This document shows, piece by piece, positions 36,232 to 49,352 of a stretch of DNA of 64,000 bases. A program made the translations under genes and the position numbers. Where the stretch lies: positions 1,116,001-1,180,000 of the forward strand of contig CM060732.1 in NCBI GenBank assembly GCA_030704615.1. Reading direction: 5' to 3'. The notes beneath the pieces are model-generated. The model searched no databases. It had not been told where the DNA came from and saw nothing but the letters and a program-made list of their open reading frames with translations. The stretch is from Takakia lepidozioides. Taxonomy: Eukaryota; Plantae; Bryophyta. Positions within the stretch are counted from its first letter, which is position 1. Every line of letters begins with the position of its first letter.

Positions 36232-38130
36232 GGGGGCTGCTATTTCATGAGCGGCATGAGCATTAGCGGAAAAAAAAAAAAAAAAAACATGAGCGGACCA
36301 TTGTGTGTCAACGGAAATAGGGTTAGGAGGCACGGAAATAGGGTCATGTGAAGTTGGAATGTGGCACCACTGGACTCGTCATAGCAATGAAATGCAACAT
36401 TTTATTGCAAGTTTTGTGGCAAGCCACATCTATACAAGTGTATCCTAACTGTCATAGCCGGAATGGGAACTACTCTCCTACACCCTCCGAGGAACTTGCC
36501 CCACCTTCCTCCTCATCCCCCTCATCCCCCTCATCCTCTGAGCTCTGAGATGCATCAGTTCCACTATGCCTCTCAAAAATACCGTCCTCTCCTTGGGGAC
36601 TGTCCACCTCACCTCCTGGGAATCTTCTGCCTCTTCTCCCCCACTTTCCTCAACAGAATCCAAGACAAATCTACGAGCCTGACGAGCTCTAATAGCTGCT
36701 GCCTCCTCCCTCATCTTCATTTTCCTGAGGCTTGCCTCGTCTAAAATCTGCTGTACACGACTAGGTTCGGAAGACCTCCTAATGGACACCGAAGCAAGCC
36801 GAACAACATAAGTAGGAAGGATGTAGTCCATTCCTGGACTCGGCATGAAATCCCCCCTGGCAAAAAAATGCATGTTCCTTCTGCCCATGAATTGCGGTGT
36901 AGACGTCCCTCCTGCAATACTTGGCATTCTACAATAAGAACAAATCCACTTCAAGAATGTCAATACCAGCAGAAGCAGAAAGGGTCGGCCAATGAAATAA
37001 GAGAGCGAAGGGAGGTGCCTCACGAAATTAGGAGACAACTTACAATGCGACCACTCACTCGTAAATCGGGGGCTTCTCGGCCTCGATCCCAACTTATACC
37101 TCCCCCTGCTCCTTCTTGGATTCTTCCTCATCCTCCGAGGATGCCTCTTCTTCTTTCGGTAGACGTTCAGCCGCTGCTAGTTCCGAGTTGTGGAGGGCAC
37201 TATCTGGCTTGAAGGCGAAGACATGCCTGTCGGACAATGTCCCAGCCCACATTGAAGCACCTGAGGGACAAAGCGAGCGGTTAGTAGCATGCGGTATGCA
37301 ATTGTAATTGGGCCATGGGACATACTGTGCACGTGAAGGCTTACCCGTGGAGGGCAACTAAGCCGTGAGCAGAACCCGTGAGCAGATTCCTTGATGCGTG
37401 AGCAGAATACTGATGCGAACCCCAAAACCGAGGGAACAAGTGGGCCTATAGCCGTAGAGGCGAACTCCACTGCAAGGACGCAATGTCCGTTGATCGGATC
37501 GAAGACATACATGCTCCATGACGACAATGTGGCACGAAAATGCGATGAAAAAGATTTCGGATGAATGTATGTAGGATGAACACAAACGAGAATGGATGAA
37601 CGTTGGATGATTATCGGATGAAAAATTGCCCAGACGAGTAAACCATGGATGACTGCAACAACATGTATCATCAGGGATGAGCATGCGCAGGGAAGAAGGC
37701 ATTAAGCTGTCGTCAACGACAGCTTAACTCGCAGCCCATCTCAGGACATGTCAGCCCACGATAAAACCATGGGGGGGTTCATTTTTGTGCAGGGAAACAG
37801 GCCTAAAGGTGCCCTCAACGGTAGCTCAATTCCGAACAGGGGCACATGACATTTCAACTCACGCGGTAAGTGAGTGTGTGGAGGGGCTGCAGATTAAGGT
37901 GACGTCAACGACATCTTAATTCCCAGCCCTGTGCCAACCTGAGAATTGAACCCAACGGGGAAAAAAAAAAACAATCCCTGAAAAGTGACAAATTAGATGT
38001 TATTGAAGAGGGAACACATGCCTTAGCGGTAAGCATGTGTGTGCAGGGGCTGGGGATTAAGGTATCATCAACGATACCTTAATTCGCTGCCCTGTCCAAA
38101 CATGAGAATTGAACCCAACAGACCCCCCCC

Positions 38131-38162
<32 letters not shown>

Positions 38163-39632
38163 GAATGTGTCAAATTAAGGTGTCATCAACAACATCTTAA
38201 TCTGGCTGGTCTTCTGGTGTGCTATTTGGGATGAATGGCATCGACAAATTGCTCGGACTACATAACTTATGATTTGTTGTCATGTCCTTCTTCCAGGTGA
38301 CCAGAAGTTTGCTCATTGGTTGACCCCAGGATGATCGTTGACCCCAGGACGCATCGTTTTCATATTCATCTTTGGTGCACTCGTTTGGCATGCGGACTAT
38401 ATACGAAGTTTGCTCATTGGTGTATGAATGCAGGAGTCCCAGGACACCACGGTTTCTACCTTTCTTTGCCAACCCGGATTTTTTCCCAAGTCCTCCAACA
38501 AATTTTTATTTGTCATCTTATGCGGAGGCTGCGGCTACGGAATATAGTCTACAAGCATCTCCCCCTTCTGTGCTTCACAACAGATATAGTTTTCTGAAGA
38601 GCAGGGCTAACGTCTTTGTAGACAGTTCTGCCTTCGTTTTGAAAAGTAGCTCCTGTAGCAGTGGATCTTCTTTGTCGGAATGAATCGTATGTTTTGGAAC
38701 GTTTATTTATGAAGCACCAGTTCACCTCTTTGCCTTCTTTCCAATTGGGTAAGAGCCTCACTATCAACCATCCATACCCCTCCTCAATTAATTCAGCAAT
38801 GTGGATTCATTGTTGCCAACATACTTTAGAATACACTGCACTATATTTATTTCATTCATCCATGTGTCATTCGTAATACCAACATTCATCCTCCATTCAT
38901 CCTTCATTCATCCAAGCAGCATCCATACCCGAGTTTGTAATTCTGACCAGTCTGCGCAGTAATAGGTGTTATAAGTCGAATAGGCCCGCAGTTATAGGCG
39001 GCAAGATCCTGAAGCGTGAGCAGAATTCTGCTCACGGAATTTTTTGCTCATGGATTCTCCTCACGGTTAAGCAATCCCCTTACCCGTGCCACATGTGAGG
39101 TCAAGAATCCGCCCTTGGACATCGGAGCACGTATCCATGAGGGTTTGGATAAAAGCAGGGCTCCGGGTCCAGTTATACCGCCACAGTTTGCCTGTCTTTG
39201 TGTCCTTCGGCATACTGTAGTGGGGCACATAGTTGTAGAGGACATCGTAGGTAAGAGGGTCCACAGCAGCATCAACAAGACGACCGTCGTTGCGGAACTT
39301 GAAAGTAAACCCTCTCTTCACAAAACAATATGCCTCAAACACGAATGTCTGCACATCCAAGAAAAGATAGATCTCTAAGCTCTAGTTTAGATACACCACG
39401 ATATGAAGTGAAGGCAATAGATTGATAACTTACACTCTGGCCCTCTGTTGGCAACCCCTGCGTGTTGATGCAAAACCATTTTTTGAGGAGGACCGGGGTT
39501 ACATTTTTTGGTGTCCACCTTGCCACAGCATTCTCTGTCGTCTTTCCTCTTGTGGCAAGGACCACCATACATCCACCGTCATCCAGGAGCATCCCCGCCA
39601 GCCCAAACCCAGCTCTCCAGTAGTCCTTAGTG
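36232..39632 (-). mobile_element. 3' half of cargo gene copy 2 plus MULE terminal inverted repeat (inverted relative to the 5' half)
   Basis: TIR GGGGGCTGCTATTTCATGAGC at 36232; exons TKDYWRAG...GLPTEGQS (39632-~39434), TFVFEAY...RSPAFIQTLMDTCS...ILDLTCGT (39348-39084), GASMWAGTLSDRHVFAFKPD (37260-37100), ILDEASL (from ~36747). Confidence 0.9.
37350..39079. mobile_element. Nested 1.73-kb non-autonomous MULE with related TIRs
   Basis: Ends GAGGGCAACTAAGCCGTGAGC / GGGGATTGCTTAACCGTGAGG; CCGTGAGCAG subrepeats; 9-bp TSD TTACCCGTG (37341-37349, 39080-39088). Confidence 0.85.
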
Positions 39633-40023
39633 CTTTCCTTGGTTTCTTTCTTTCTTTTTTCACAAAGAAAAAAGACTTAAAGGGGAAGAAAAAAAAAAAA
39701 AAAAAAAAAAAACACTAAAGAAACTTTAACTTTATCATTCTTTTTTCACATCCTGGAAAAATTCTCCACCCCCTCACTTCTTGCGCATAGATAGAGGTAG
39801 CTGCATCAAACAATGAAATATAAAGACGTGACATGATAGCTTCGGCAACACTTCGCCATTCTTCTTTCGAAGAACAATGGAAGACGGGATGTTGGTATGG
39901 AACACCGTGGGGATGACCCCGCCCTTTTTGTGAAAATTGAACATAGCTCTCATAATTCGTCGCTAGTAGTGCGGAGCAACGCGAAGCCCTAGTATGTATG
40001 ATGTAGGGGGGGAAGGACAACCA

Positions 40024-40092
40024 TCATGTAGCCCAGTGGTAAGGGCACATACCCTCTCTCACGAGTGGTTGTGGGTTCAATCCACCTGTTGG
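40024..40092 (+). other. tRNA-derived (SINE-head-like) sequence
   Basis: A-box-like TAGCCCAGTGG and B-box-like GGTTCAATCC at tRNA-like spacing; no convincing cloverleaf. Confidence 0.4.
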
Positions 40093-40477
40093 AAGTCATT
40101 AAGGTGTCCAACCTTCCCACTGGAAGGCAGTAGCCCTATGGGGTCAAGTGACACCATAAGTTACGATTGCTTTGGCAACGCGTCCACTTTATTTTTTCCT
40201 TTAGGGGGGGAAGGGAGTAAGATAACGACTGATGGTGTTGGTTGTGGGTGCATCTGTGGATGAATGAGATGACAGTTGGTGGGGGTTGTGGTTTTTAGTG
40301 TTGGGGCTATAAGGTGAGTAGGCGAGTAGCGTGGATGGATGGCTCTGGGCAGGGACGTGGATGAACGCATCCACGGATGAATGAGATGACGGTTGGGTGT
40401 ATGAGTGCGGAGGGGTTTGATTTTATATGGTGTAGGCACATGGCGCCTTCTATCTTGGGCCATTTGGTGGGTGCGGG

Positions 40478-40780
40478 ATGGATGGTAATCACTTGAAAAA
40501 GAGCTGGAGAGTGATGGATGATATTCACTTGAAAAAGAGCTGGAGAGTGATGGATGATATTCACTTGAAAAAGAGCTGGAGAGTGATGGATGATATTCAC
40601 TTGAAAAAGAGCTGGAGAGTGATGGATGATATTCACTTGAAAAGAGCTGGAGAGTGATGGATGATATTCACTTGAAAGAGAGCTGGAGAGTGATGGATGA
40701 TATTCACTTGAAAGAGAGCTGGAGAATGATGGATGATAATCACTTGAGCTGGAAAATGATGGATGATAATCATTTGAAAG
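40478..40780. repeat. 36-bp minisatellite (~8 units)
   Basis: GAGCTGGAGAGTGATGGATGATATTCACTTGAAAAA repeated. Confidence 0.95.
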
Positions 40781-41179
40781 ACCTTGTGAAAGAGAGTGGT
40801 AATGTTGAGTGATAGTAATTGAGTGAATCCAGGAGTGATAGTAAATGATGTGAATAGCAGTGAAATGAGGTAGCATTTCCCCAAGGTAACATTCTCCCAA
40901 GGGAACAATTTCCCAAGGTAGCATTTTTCCAAGGTAACAATTTCCTAAGGTAGCAATTTCTGAAGGTAGCATTTTTGCATGACTCGAAGGCGCCAACCAA
41001 CTTATGGCACCAGCTAAGGGCACTAGGCCATGCCAACTGTTCCTGCCGGCGGAGGGCTCCAATCTCGAAAAATCTCGTCAGTCCACAAAGTGGTGCGGGT
41101 GGATTCAGCTGTACATCTGGAGGCAAGAGTGTTGCCCGTTGTTGCATCACCGGGGTGACATTGTTGGCATCTGTAGCTG

Positions 41180-43864
41180 GATGTGCATCCTTCATGCTCT
41201 CACATTTGGCATACATATCTGCAAGGGCAGCCTTCAGTCCCTCGAACAGTCCCTTTCCATCATCGATGCACCCACATTTTACATACATGTCCGCGAGGGT
41301 ATTGTTCAAAATGACATTGGGTACAATTCCAGCTCTGATAATGTCGCCATGGACCTCTTTACCCTTTACCAGAGCTGCCATGCTTGCACACGTACTGCAA
41401 ATGCACATAAATGTGTCGGGTTTCTCCCCTTCCTCCGTCATTTAATCATAGGTCTCCAAAGCCTCCATATCACGTCGGCATGGCCAGCTCCCATAGTGTG
41501 ACGGGCGGCCGCCGTTCACCGGGGCTTCGGTCCTGCTGTGCATACCCTGCAAGCATCGCATTCCACGACATGCTATCTCGTTCAGCCGTAGTGTCAGACA
41601 TTCCCTTTGCCTCCTCGGTGCACCCACATTTTGCATATGTGATCGCCAGGGTATAGTTCAGAGGGACAGGTGGTACAAATCCAGCTCTGACGATGTCGCC
41701 ATGGACATCTTTGCCCTGTTCCATAGCTGCCAGGGCAGAGTTCAGAATGACATTTGGTATAACTCCAGCTTTGATGATGTCAACATGCACATCTTTGCAT
41801 TTTTCCAGGGCTGCCAGGCTTGCACAAGCATTGCAAATGCCATAAATGTAATGTGGTTGGGCTCCACCCCTTTCTCCATCATTTGATCATACATCTCCAC
41901 GACAACAGTAACAACTCCAACGACATGGCCAATCAACCTGGCCTGCTGCTTCTGCTGTGGGGGCAGGGGTGATACCGGTGAGCCATGGCATACATATCAG
42001 CAGGCTTGCCTTGCCAAAGGGCAGCCTTCAGAATGATATCAGGTGAGATTCCAGCTTGGATGATGTCAACATGGACACCTGTCTTTTCCTAGGGCTGCAA
42101 GAGTGGCACACGTACTGAGAACACAAATGAATGTTATACTGTCGGGCTGCACCGCTTCCCATTGCATTTGAACATACATCTCAAAAGCTTCCCTACCACA
42201 ACCAGGCTGGGCATATCCTGCAGTGCCCAGGCTCCATGAGACCACATCTCATTGTTTTATATTGTTGAACAGAACACACGCTTTCTTCATGCCCTCGCAT
42301 TTGGCATACACATCAACAAGGGTATTTTCCAGATTTATGTATGGTGGGATTCCAGCTTTGATGATATCAATGTGGACCTCTTACTGAGAATGCAATTGAA
42401 CATGAGCATGTCCGGCATGACCCCTTCAATTATCAGTTGTTCATAGATCACAAGAGCCTCCCTATCACAAACACATTGAGTATATCCTGTAATGATCATG
42501 ACATCGTGTTGTTCCATGTTGTCAAACATCCACAGAGTATTGGCGGCGTGAAGGTAGAGTACCTTGTGTGTATTCTGGGAAACAACGAAGGGATGAGGAA
42601 TAATTGCACCTATTGAGGCTGAGATTGAGTCGGGGTAGAGATAGCAAATTGACCAGCAGCTGGTTCGGAAGAGTGCCAGCCAGCATGGCGTGCGGCGAGA
42701 AGGGGGCTTCGCTCCATTCATCGCAATCTGGAAAATGCCAGGAAGATAGACAGGGCCGCCATGGTCGATTATGATAAGCCATGCTGCTAACACGCCAGGA
42801 CCAGGTCCTGTGGAATGAGAGAAGGTGCGCTGGTGCCAAAGGTAGGCGGGTGTCGTGGAAAACGCGCCTGTGGGCCACCAAGGTCACGGAGCAGCGATAT
42901 GCGTAATGTTGAAATCCAGAGTAACATAGAGAGACAAGTACACCTGGGCCTCCTCACGAGGACGGATGATGTGGTCCGAGCAGGGGGTTGTGGGGCTTCG
43001 GGCGGTGGTGAGCTCGTGCGTGGTCATGTTGCGGGGCAAGTGACTGGCAAGATTAAGATCAGACATGTCCATCACTGCATCTGCTTCACGGATGTTATCG
43101 CATTTGTACTGATTCAACTGTTTGTGGGCACTGGTTGGCAGACCTGCTACACGATTCAAGTCATGGTCTGGCTTGCGGGGGTGCTGCAGCTGCACCATAA
43201 CGTTGCAGTCCCTTTCCCAGGCTGCTCCGCTGGTACATGCAGTGAGAATGCAGATGAGAGTGACCCCATCCGGAGCCACCCCTTCCAGTATCAGCTGTTC
43301 GTAGGACTCAAAAGCCTCCCTACCACACTCATGCTGGGTATACGCTGCAGACATTGCGTTACATGAGAGCACATTTCGTTCAGCCATCCTGTAAAAGGCT
43401 TGACATGCATAGCTTACACTCCCACACTTTGCATACATATTAACGAGGGCAGTCTCCAAAACAACATCTGTTGCACTGGCAGCGCCAGCAATGTCACCAT
43501 GGACCACTTTGCCCTTTGCTAGGGTTACCAGTCTGGCACAGCCGTTGAGAACGCAAGCGAATGTGTCTTTGTTGGGTGTCACTCCTTGCATCGTTTGCAC
43601 GTGAATCTCTAAGGCCCCCCTCCCAAACCCCTGCTTGGAACAGACTGCCACCATTGTAGTCCAAGTAAACACATCCCGCCCAGGCATCTTGTCAAGCACT
43701 CGACGTGCACTCACCATACTGCCGCACTTGGCATACATGTTCACGGGGGTGGTGAGTAGACAAATATTTAGCTTGAATCCACTTTGTCTGGTAAGGGCAT
43801 GCACCTGCTTCCTCTCTGTTAGGCTCTTGATCTTCATGCACTCGGTCTCCGTATAACTCGTCAT
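41180..43864 (-). pseudogene. Degraded PLS-class pentatricopeptide repeat (PPR) gene
   Basis: Repeated LVNMYAKCGS..A..VF..M..RDV..W and GK.VH.DI..AG motifs with stops, frameshifts and insertions. Confidence 0.9.
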
Positions 43865-44867
43865 CGTGCTCGTGTTAGGTGAGTACGGGGCCAGCTGCGG
43901 CAGTGCCCCTTGAAGTAAGCATGTCTGTAAGCAGCTTTGGCCGAAATGAAAGCGAAGAGGTTGGTGTCGTCCTTATATCTCCAAAAAGAGTTCGTGAGGT
44001 TGTTCAGCGGTGCAAGTGGTGGGCATCCAGTGTTTCGCAAATAGAGAGTCGCTGCGGGTGATAACTTCAACATGCTGGTAGGGTAGCTGTATTGTCTGAA
44101 TGAGCGCTTCTGCGCGGGCGAAACTTCATGCAGCAGCCGACATGCATAAAACCTCGAGCTGGAGAGCTTGGGGACTTGTGTATCAGAAAGTAAACTTGAA
44201 TCTGTATGAAGAAACTGCCTGTTGCATTGAGCTGGAGAGATGGTGATGTACGAAGGGACATAGCCTCGTTCAATAAGAAACCAAGAATCTCGGTGCGTGA
44301 TGGGACCATTGAACTGTGCCCCAAGAATGTTGAACTTAATAGTATCAGATAAAACTGGACTTAAAAGAAGCACAAGAATAAGGCGGTAAAGAATGTGTAT
44401 AAGCGTATCTAAGAAGCGGCCAGAACGCAGCGCAGCATCGCTGCGAACAAAGAGTTTGGTCATGGCGGCGAACAGAGCTAGATCAAGAAGAGGTCTAAAA
44501 TAGCGGGAGCGACAAAACAAGGTAAGAGAATGCAAAGGACATGGGAGAGTATGACGGAACCCTAAGAAGATAGTTATGACTAGAAATGGCGCCAGATATG
44601 GCGGGGAGGCGGAGCTCCGCCTCCCTCTTCACTCGCTACGCAACAGGATGACTCCAACACATGCATGTGTGGAGGTGATCCAGTTTGGCCTGTAGAAGTC
44701 CAGCTGGAATTGCACTCTCTCAGTGTTCCGATTTGTCCTACGTTCTTGTCTTAGAGACTCTTTCGGCTTCCCAGAAATTTAGGGGAGTTCCTTTCTTAGT
44801 TCGTTCTTCCCCCCTCAGCAGTTACTCAATGAAATGTATATTTTATGTCTGGTTTGACTGTGAGCAG

Positions 44868-46085
44868 GAGTTGAACGAGCAGATAGTGAAAGCAAAAGCC
44901 CGGACTGTGGAACTTCAAAATGATCTGATTGTCACCCTGAAGGCTCTAAGAAAAAGCAACCGAGAGGTCTGTCCCCTCTTGCCCTGTGCATGCAGTACAA
45001 TTCTCTCCTTCTAAGCACACACTAAGAATCCATGGATGTCAAGATGGAAGCACAAAGTTGGGGCATATCTGCTTTGTGTCTATGCTTACGTGGCCACACT
45101 TTTCATCTTTGTTTTAGGGGTGTTGGGGATCCAAAGGTGAAGGAGCTTCAGGGCAAACTGGAGCAGTCACGGAAGGATGTTCTCCGAGCCAATGAAGTTG
45201 AGATTAAATACGTAAGTCTGCTGCATGCCAATCAACACAGTAATCCATGAAGCAAGGACACAAGATTTGCTGACGCTTCAAGAATAGAGAAATATTTTAC
45301 TACATCGTGGCTGATGCGCAAGGGTGATCAATCACTTCCGGACTAAAGATTGGTCTCGGAAATGTAACCAACATTGGACCCACTTAGCCTCTTTGAAGTC
45401 TGTCATCATATCACTAATGCACAACGAATTTGTGCGAGAGTGCACCCACTGAAATGGCCATCAAGAGGAACAACTTGTCGCACTACATAGTAAAGAACGT
45501 GACTTCCCTTGCAAGATAAAATTCTTCATGAACAGGTGTTTGAGGAGGATGGGATTGGCAGGAATTGGAGGCGGAGAAGTACATGAATCTGGTGGCTAGG
45601 CGTACGACCTCACACATGAATTGCAGCACACAAGTGCCAATTTAGGAGTTGCCAGGCGGGAGGCTGATGGGTATTCCTTGGACCCAAACATGATTTTTTC
45701 TACATTAATAGAATCTGACATTTGGTTTGACATGTGGTGTGGCACCTCTTCTCTATCTTGACAGGACTATGGTAGTAAATGTGTCCTCCCAAGAAACAGT
45801 GACAGTGTGTAAGTGAAGAATCGCTAGTTACAAGGAATCCTGCACGGGTGTACATTGTGCAGAGTTCCCAAGGAAGAACTCTTGAAGGCAAAGCACAAAA
45901 TCAGCGATCTGGAGGCGGGAGTCCTGAAATTACAAAAGTTTGAAAGACTAGCAGGGACCATGACCCCGCGGCCCCATGGGAGCAGCTGCATGGAGGCAGC
46001 TGAGATCTGCACTATGAATGAGAGCTTGCTGCAGACTATCTCGTCCTTATATGCAGACGTAGCCACTGCCGTAGCACTGGCAGAG
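44868..46085 (+). CDS. Exons of an unidentified coiled-coil protein gene (partial or pseudogene)
   Basis: AG/GT-bounded open segments ~44868-44966 (ELNEQIVKAK...), ~45118-45211 (GVGDPKVKELQ...), ~45863-46085 (VPKEELLKAK...TMTPRP). Confidence 0.5.
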
Positions 46086-47030
46086 GTGAGCTTCTTACTA
46101 TTCTGTGTCTTAATGGAGCATCCATGGCTCAGTCATTCTTTGCAACAATTGGAGACACTAAGCACACAAAGATGAGGATGCTCTCCCTTGCTGCCTAACA
46201 GATTAAAAAGGGAACCGAGTCATTAAGAAGATATATGGTTCTGTGGCCTTACAATAGCCCTCATAAAGATGTGAACATAGACAAAGCACTGAGAATGAAA
46301 GTTTGAAGCACAGAACTTCGAACAAAAGTGGATAAAAACCATGGGAAGGTAAGGTTAGTTGGTTGGGGGCTCATATCAGAATGTACACTAAATATTTGGT
46401 TTGCCATAGCCTTGTGGCCAAAGGCTGATATGAGATATTACTTTCTAGTAATATATCCCAATCTCACAGGAGGTGTCATGAATTTTATCTAGGACATTCC
46501 CAACTCAGCTTTTTGAGCATAAGAAGATTTTGTCAACACAGTGCATATGAACAATCATTGGATTTCACTAAGATAGACCCATGAACTCATTCTCAGTAGT
46601 CACTATTCGGCTTTTTGTACAACACACAAAATCAATACTAATGCTTCAAGCAGGCCTCCAAACCATAATATACGCATGTCAATGGGAAAAGGAGTTCAAT
46701 CAAGTCCAAATCTTAATGAGAACTGCCAGCACAGCCTATCATGTTATATGATGTGTCAGCCGCATTGCACACATCAGATTATACATGCACATTTGTTGAG
46801 ATAGGTGGTGGCCTGTATCAAGATAAGCAGAAACTAGTTTTAGACAAACACAGTAAAGACAATAAATCTGGGAGCTATATTCCATGCCATGTCAACATAG
46901 CCTTGCAGCAGATTTTTTATCTTAGCTGTGAAAAAAGGTTGGCATGTGGACAGGAGTTGCCAAATCTCAAGGCAATCTGAATGTTAAGTTACTGAATGAT
47001 GATGCTGTCCATATAGTGGTCCGATGACCA

Positions 47031-49352
47031 TTAGCGGTAATATGCCATATGGCGGCTAGAAGTCCAAGGTGAGACGTCGCTGGGACGTGTTACCACATCA
47101 GGCTGTGTTACACTCATGGCCACTCTTCTCCCCCTTTTGTCCCTCTCTGCTCTGAGCCAGGGCTCCACGACCTGAATCAAATTACTGGCTTTACTGGACG
47201 GGTGCAGTTCAGGAAGATCAGACAACCTTTCAGCTAGCCTTAGCTTGCCATCCTCAACATACGCAATATGTGTAGCCCATGTCTCCAAGCCGTCAAAAAT
47301 ATGCGTTGCGTAGATAATCGTTGCTCCTCTCTACACAGATCCACAAACCTAGCGGTAAGCCCAAACCCAAGCTGAAATGAGTTGATGGTCTATCCCACCC
47401 ACAACAAATCCATAAATCTACCACCCATCATTAACCTGCATATTGCCAAGAAAATGACTGTGTTTGACAAGAAGTTTGATATGTGCGAGGACCCGGACAA
47501 GCTTGAATGCTCAACAAGGCAACTCACCTCTTGACACTCGTTCTCAAAGAAGTGCAGAAGATCCATACGAGCCACCACATCAAGATCCACTGTTATCTCA
47601 TCTAGAAGCAGCACCTGTCAAAACCATGCCTTTTGTTCTTCAAATCTGCAGTGGCATGCCCCCTGACGCCAAGCTTCGGCAAGATACTCTATGCTCCTTC
47701 CACAAAACCTAAATTGAACCTATCAGTATGGCCAAATGTGTCTTGGCAGGGTCTGTAGCTCCAAGGTGTCAAAAAAGGAGGGCACCTCTGTCAATCTGCT
47801 CTCTCTCTCTCTCTCTCTCTCTCAATTGGCGAAACTGGTAGTAGGAACAACAAGGCCATGGCGAGCTACATCTGATCTTTCCTAGCAACATTCAAACACT
47901 GCTTACCTGGAAAGGATGTAACAGACCCATACCAATCTGCACGCGACGCCGCTGACCGTCTGAGACTTTGTGCATTCGCCACCTTAAATCAATATCCAAT
48001 AGTTCTATCAACCGCTCTCTTCTTGCAGCATCCACTCCCTCCACTTTCATTTGGTCCATCCCACATACCCCACCACATATACATCAACAACCATTAAAAC
48101 ACTTTTAAATCAGGAAGACAGGAAGACGCTGCATGAGCGAGTTGATTTACTTGTTATTTGTACAAAACCTTCCTCCCACCAACCTTCTGCCCTCTCTCTT
48201 GTTCCTATCTCTATCTAATGACTTTCAGGTTAGTGACCACCTTGATGTGAAGTTGAACCCGAATGATCACGTACATGTGATAATGGTATAGTCATTGTTG
48301 GATCCTTTGGAACAAGTGTGATATTGCAGTAAAATCAACTGCGTGATCGAGATCCATCTCTAGATGGTACCCAATCATGAGTCTGAGACCCAAGTCCAAA
48401 CATTACTTTGCTATGATTAGGATTGAGATTTGAGATTTTCACGTAGTGTGTCTGAATGATATTACAAGTAGTCCATGATCGTATTATACCGTAACAATCC
48501 TGAACTCAGCCCCAGCAAATTGGAAAGGTTGCCATCACAACTTACAGATTATTAATCTGTCAGAGACTCACCTCCAAAGATCATGTGCTCTGCAGAAAAG
48601 TCACCTTGCAATGGTATCTCGCCCTGTCACCACCCATCCATCCCCATTCCTGGAGAGAGACACGAGAGAAAGGATGGCTTTCCCCATGTGCTTACAAATG
48701 TCTGACTGTTCTGCTTCTTTTGAGCAGAATTACATCCAATTACAAACTCATAGAGACAGAGGTAGCAATTTACCGCGCAACCAACAGTCCGGCTCCAGGA
48801 CCCTCCCAAGTAGGCAAGCTGCCCGGAGCAAGTGAGGGCGGTATCATGGAATGCAGAGCGGCCCAGCACTCGCACCACATCCTTGCCTCCCACCATGTGC
48901 TTTCCAGCCAATATCTTCAGCAGTGTCGTCTTTCCTGGATCAGCCCAATAAATAGCAGGTCAAGGGACCGGGCATGCCTGATCGACTGCTACTAGGCAAT
49001 AGCATCGGACACAGGACATGGAAGAAGTTGCATTTAAATCCCCAGGAATTCCATACCACAACGAACTAAAAAATGGACAAACTTGCTGCTGGAGTCATCT
49101 AATCACGTTGCTTTTCTCTGCAGTCCAAATGGTACGACAAGACTAACTTTCCATCAAAAATTCCAGGGTAGACAGTCAGAGATTGGGAGCGGGATGGGAG
49201 CTGAGACCAGCCCCATTTGCACCGACGAGAAGGCAACGAGACCCGGGCCTGAGATGCAAACAAAAATTAGCGATGAAGGGGGGTTGCCCTGGGTACGAAA
49301 ATTGCAGCCCCGTGACTTCCACGCTCTCTGGGGTATCTTCTGCAACCCCCAT
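47031..49352 (-). CDS. ABC transporter I family member 19/21-like soluble ABC ATPase (NAP2/POP1, yeast Caf16-like), 293 aa
   Basis: Six GT-AG exons 49352-49208, 48934-48774, 48623-48572, 48043-47907, 47614-47528, 47330-47031 total 882 nt in frame; [27 protein letters not shown]-terminal SSRHMAYYR. Confidence 0.95.

Noticed and set aside
40024-40092. Functional tRNA gene
   Set aside because: A/B-box-like motifs only; acceptor and anticodon stems do not pair convincingly.
40307-41062. 251-aa ORF
   Set aside because: Made of 36-bp and ~20-bp tandem repeats; no sign of coding function.
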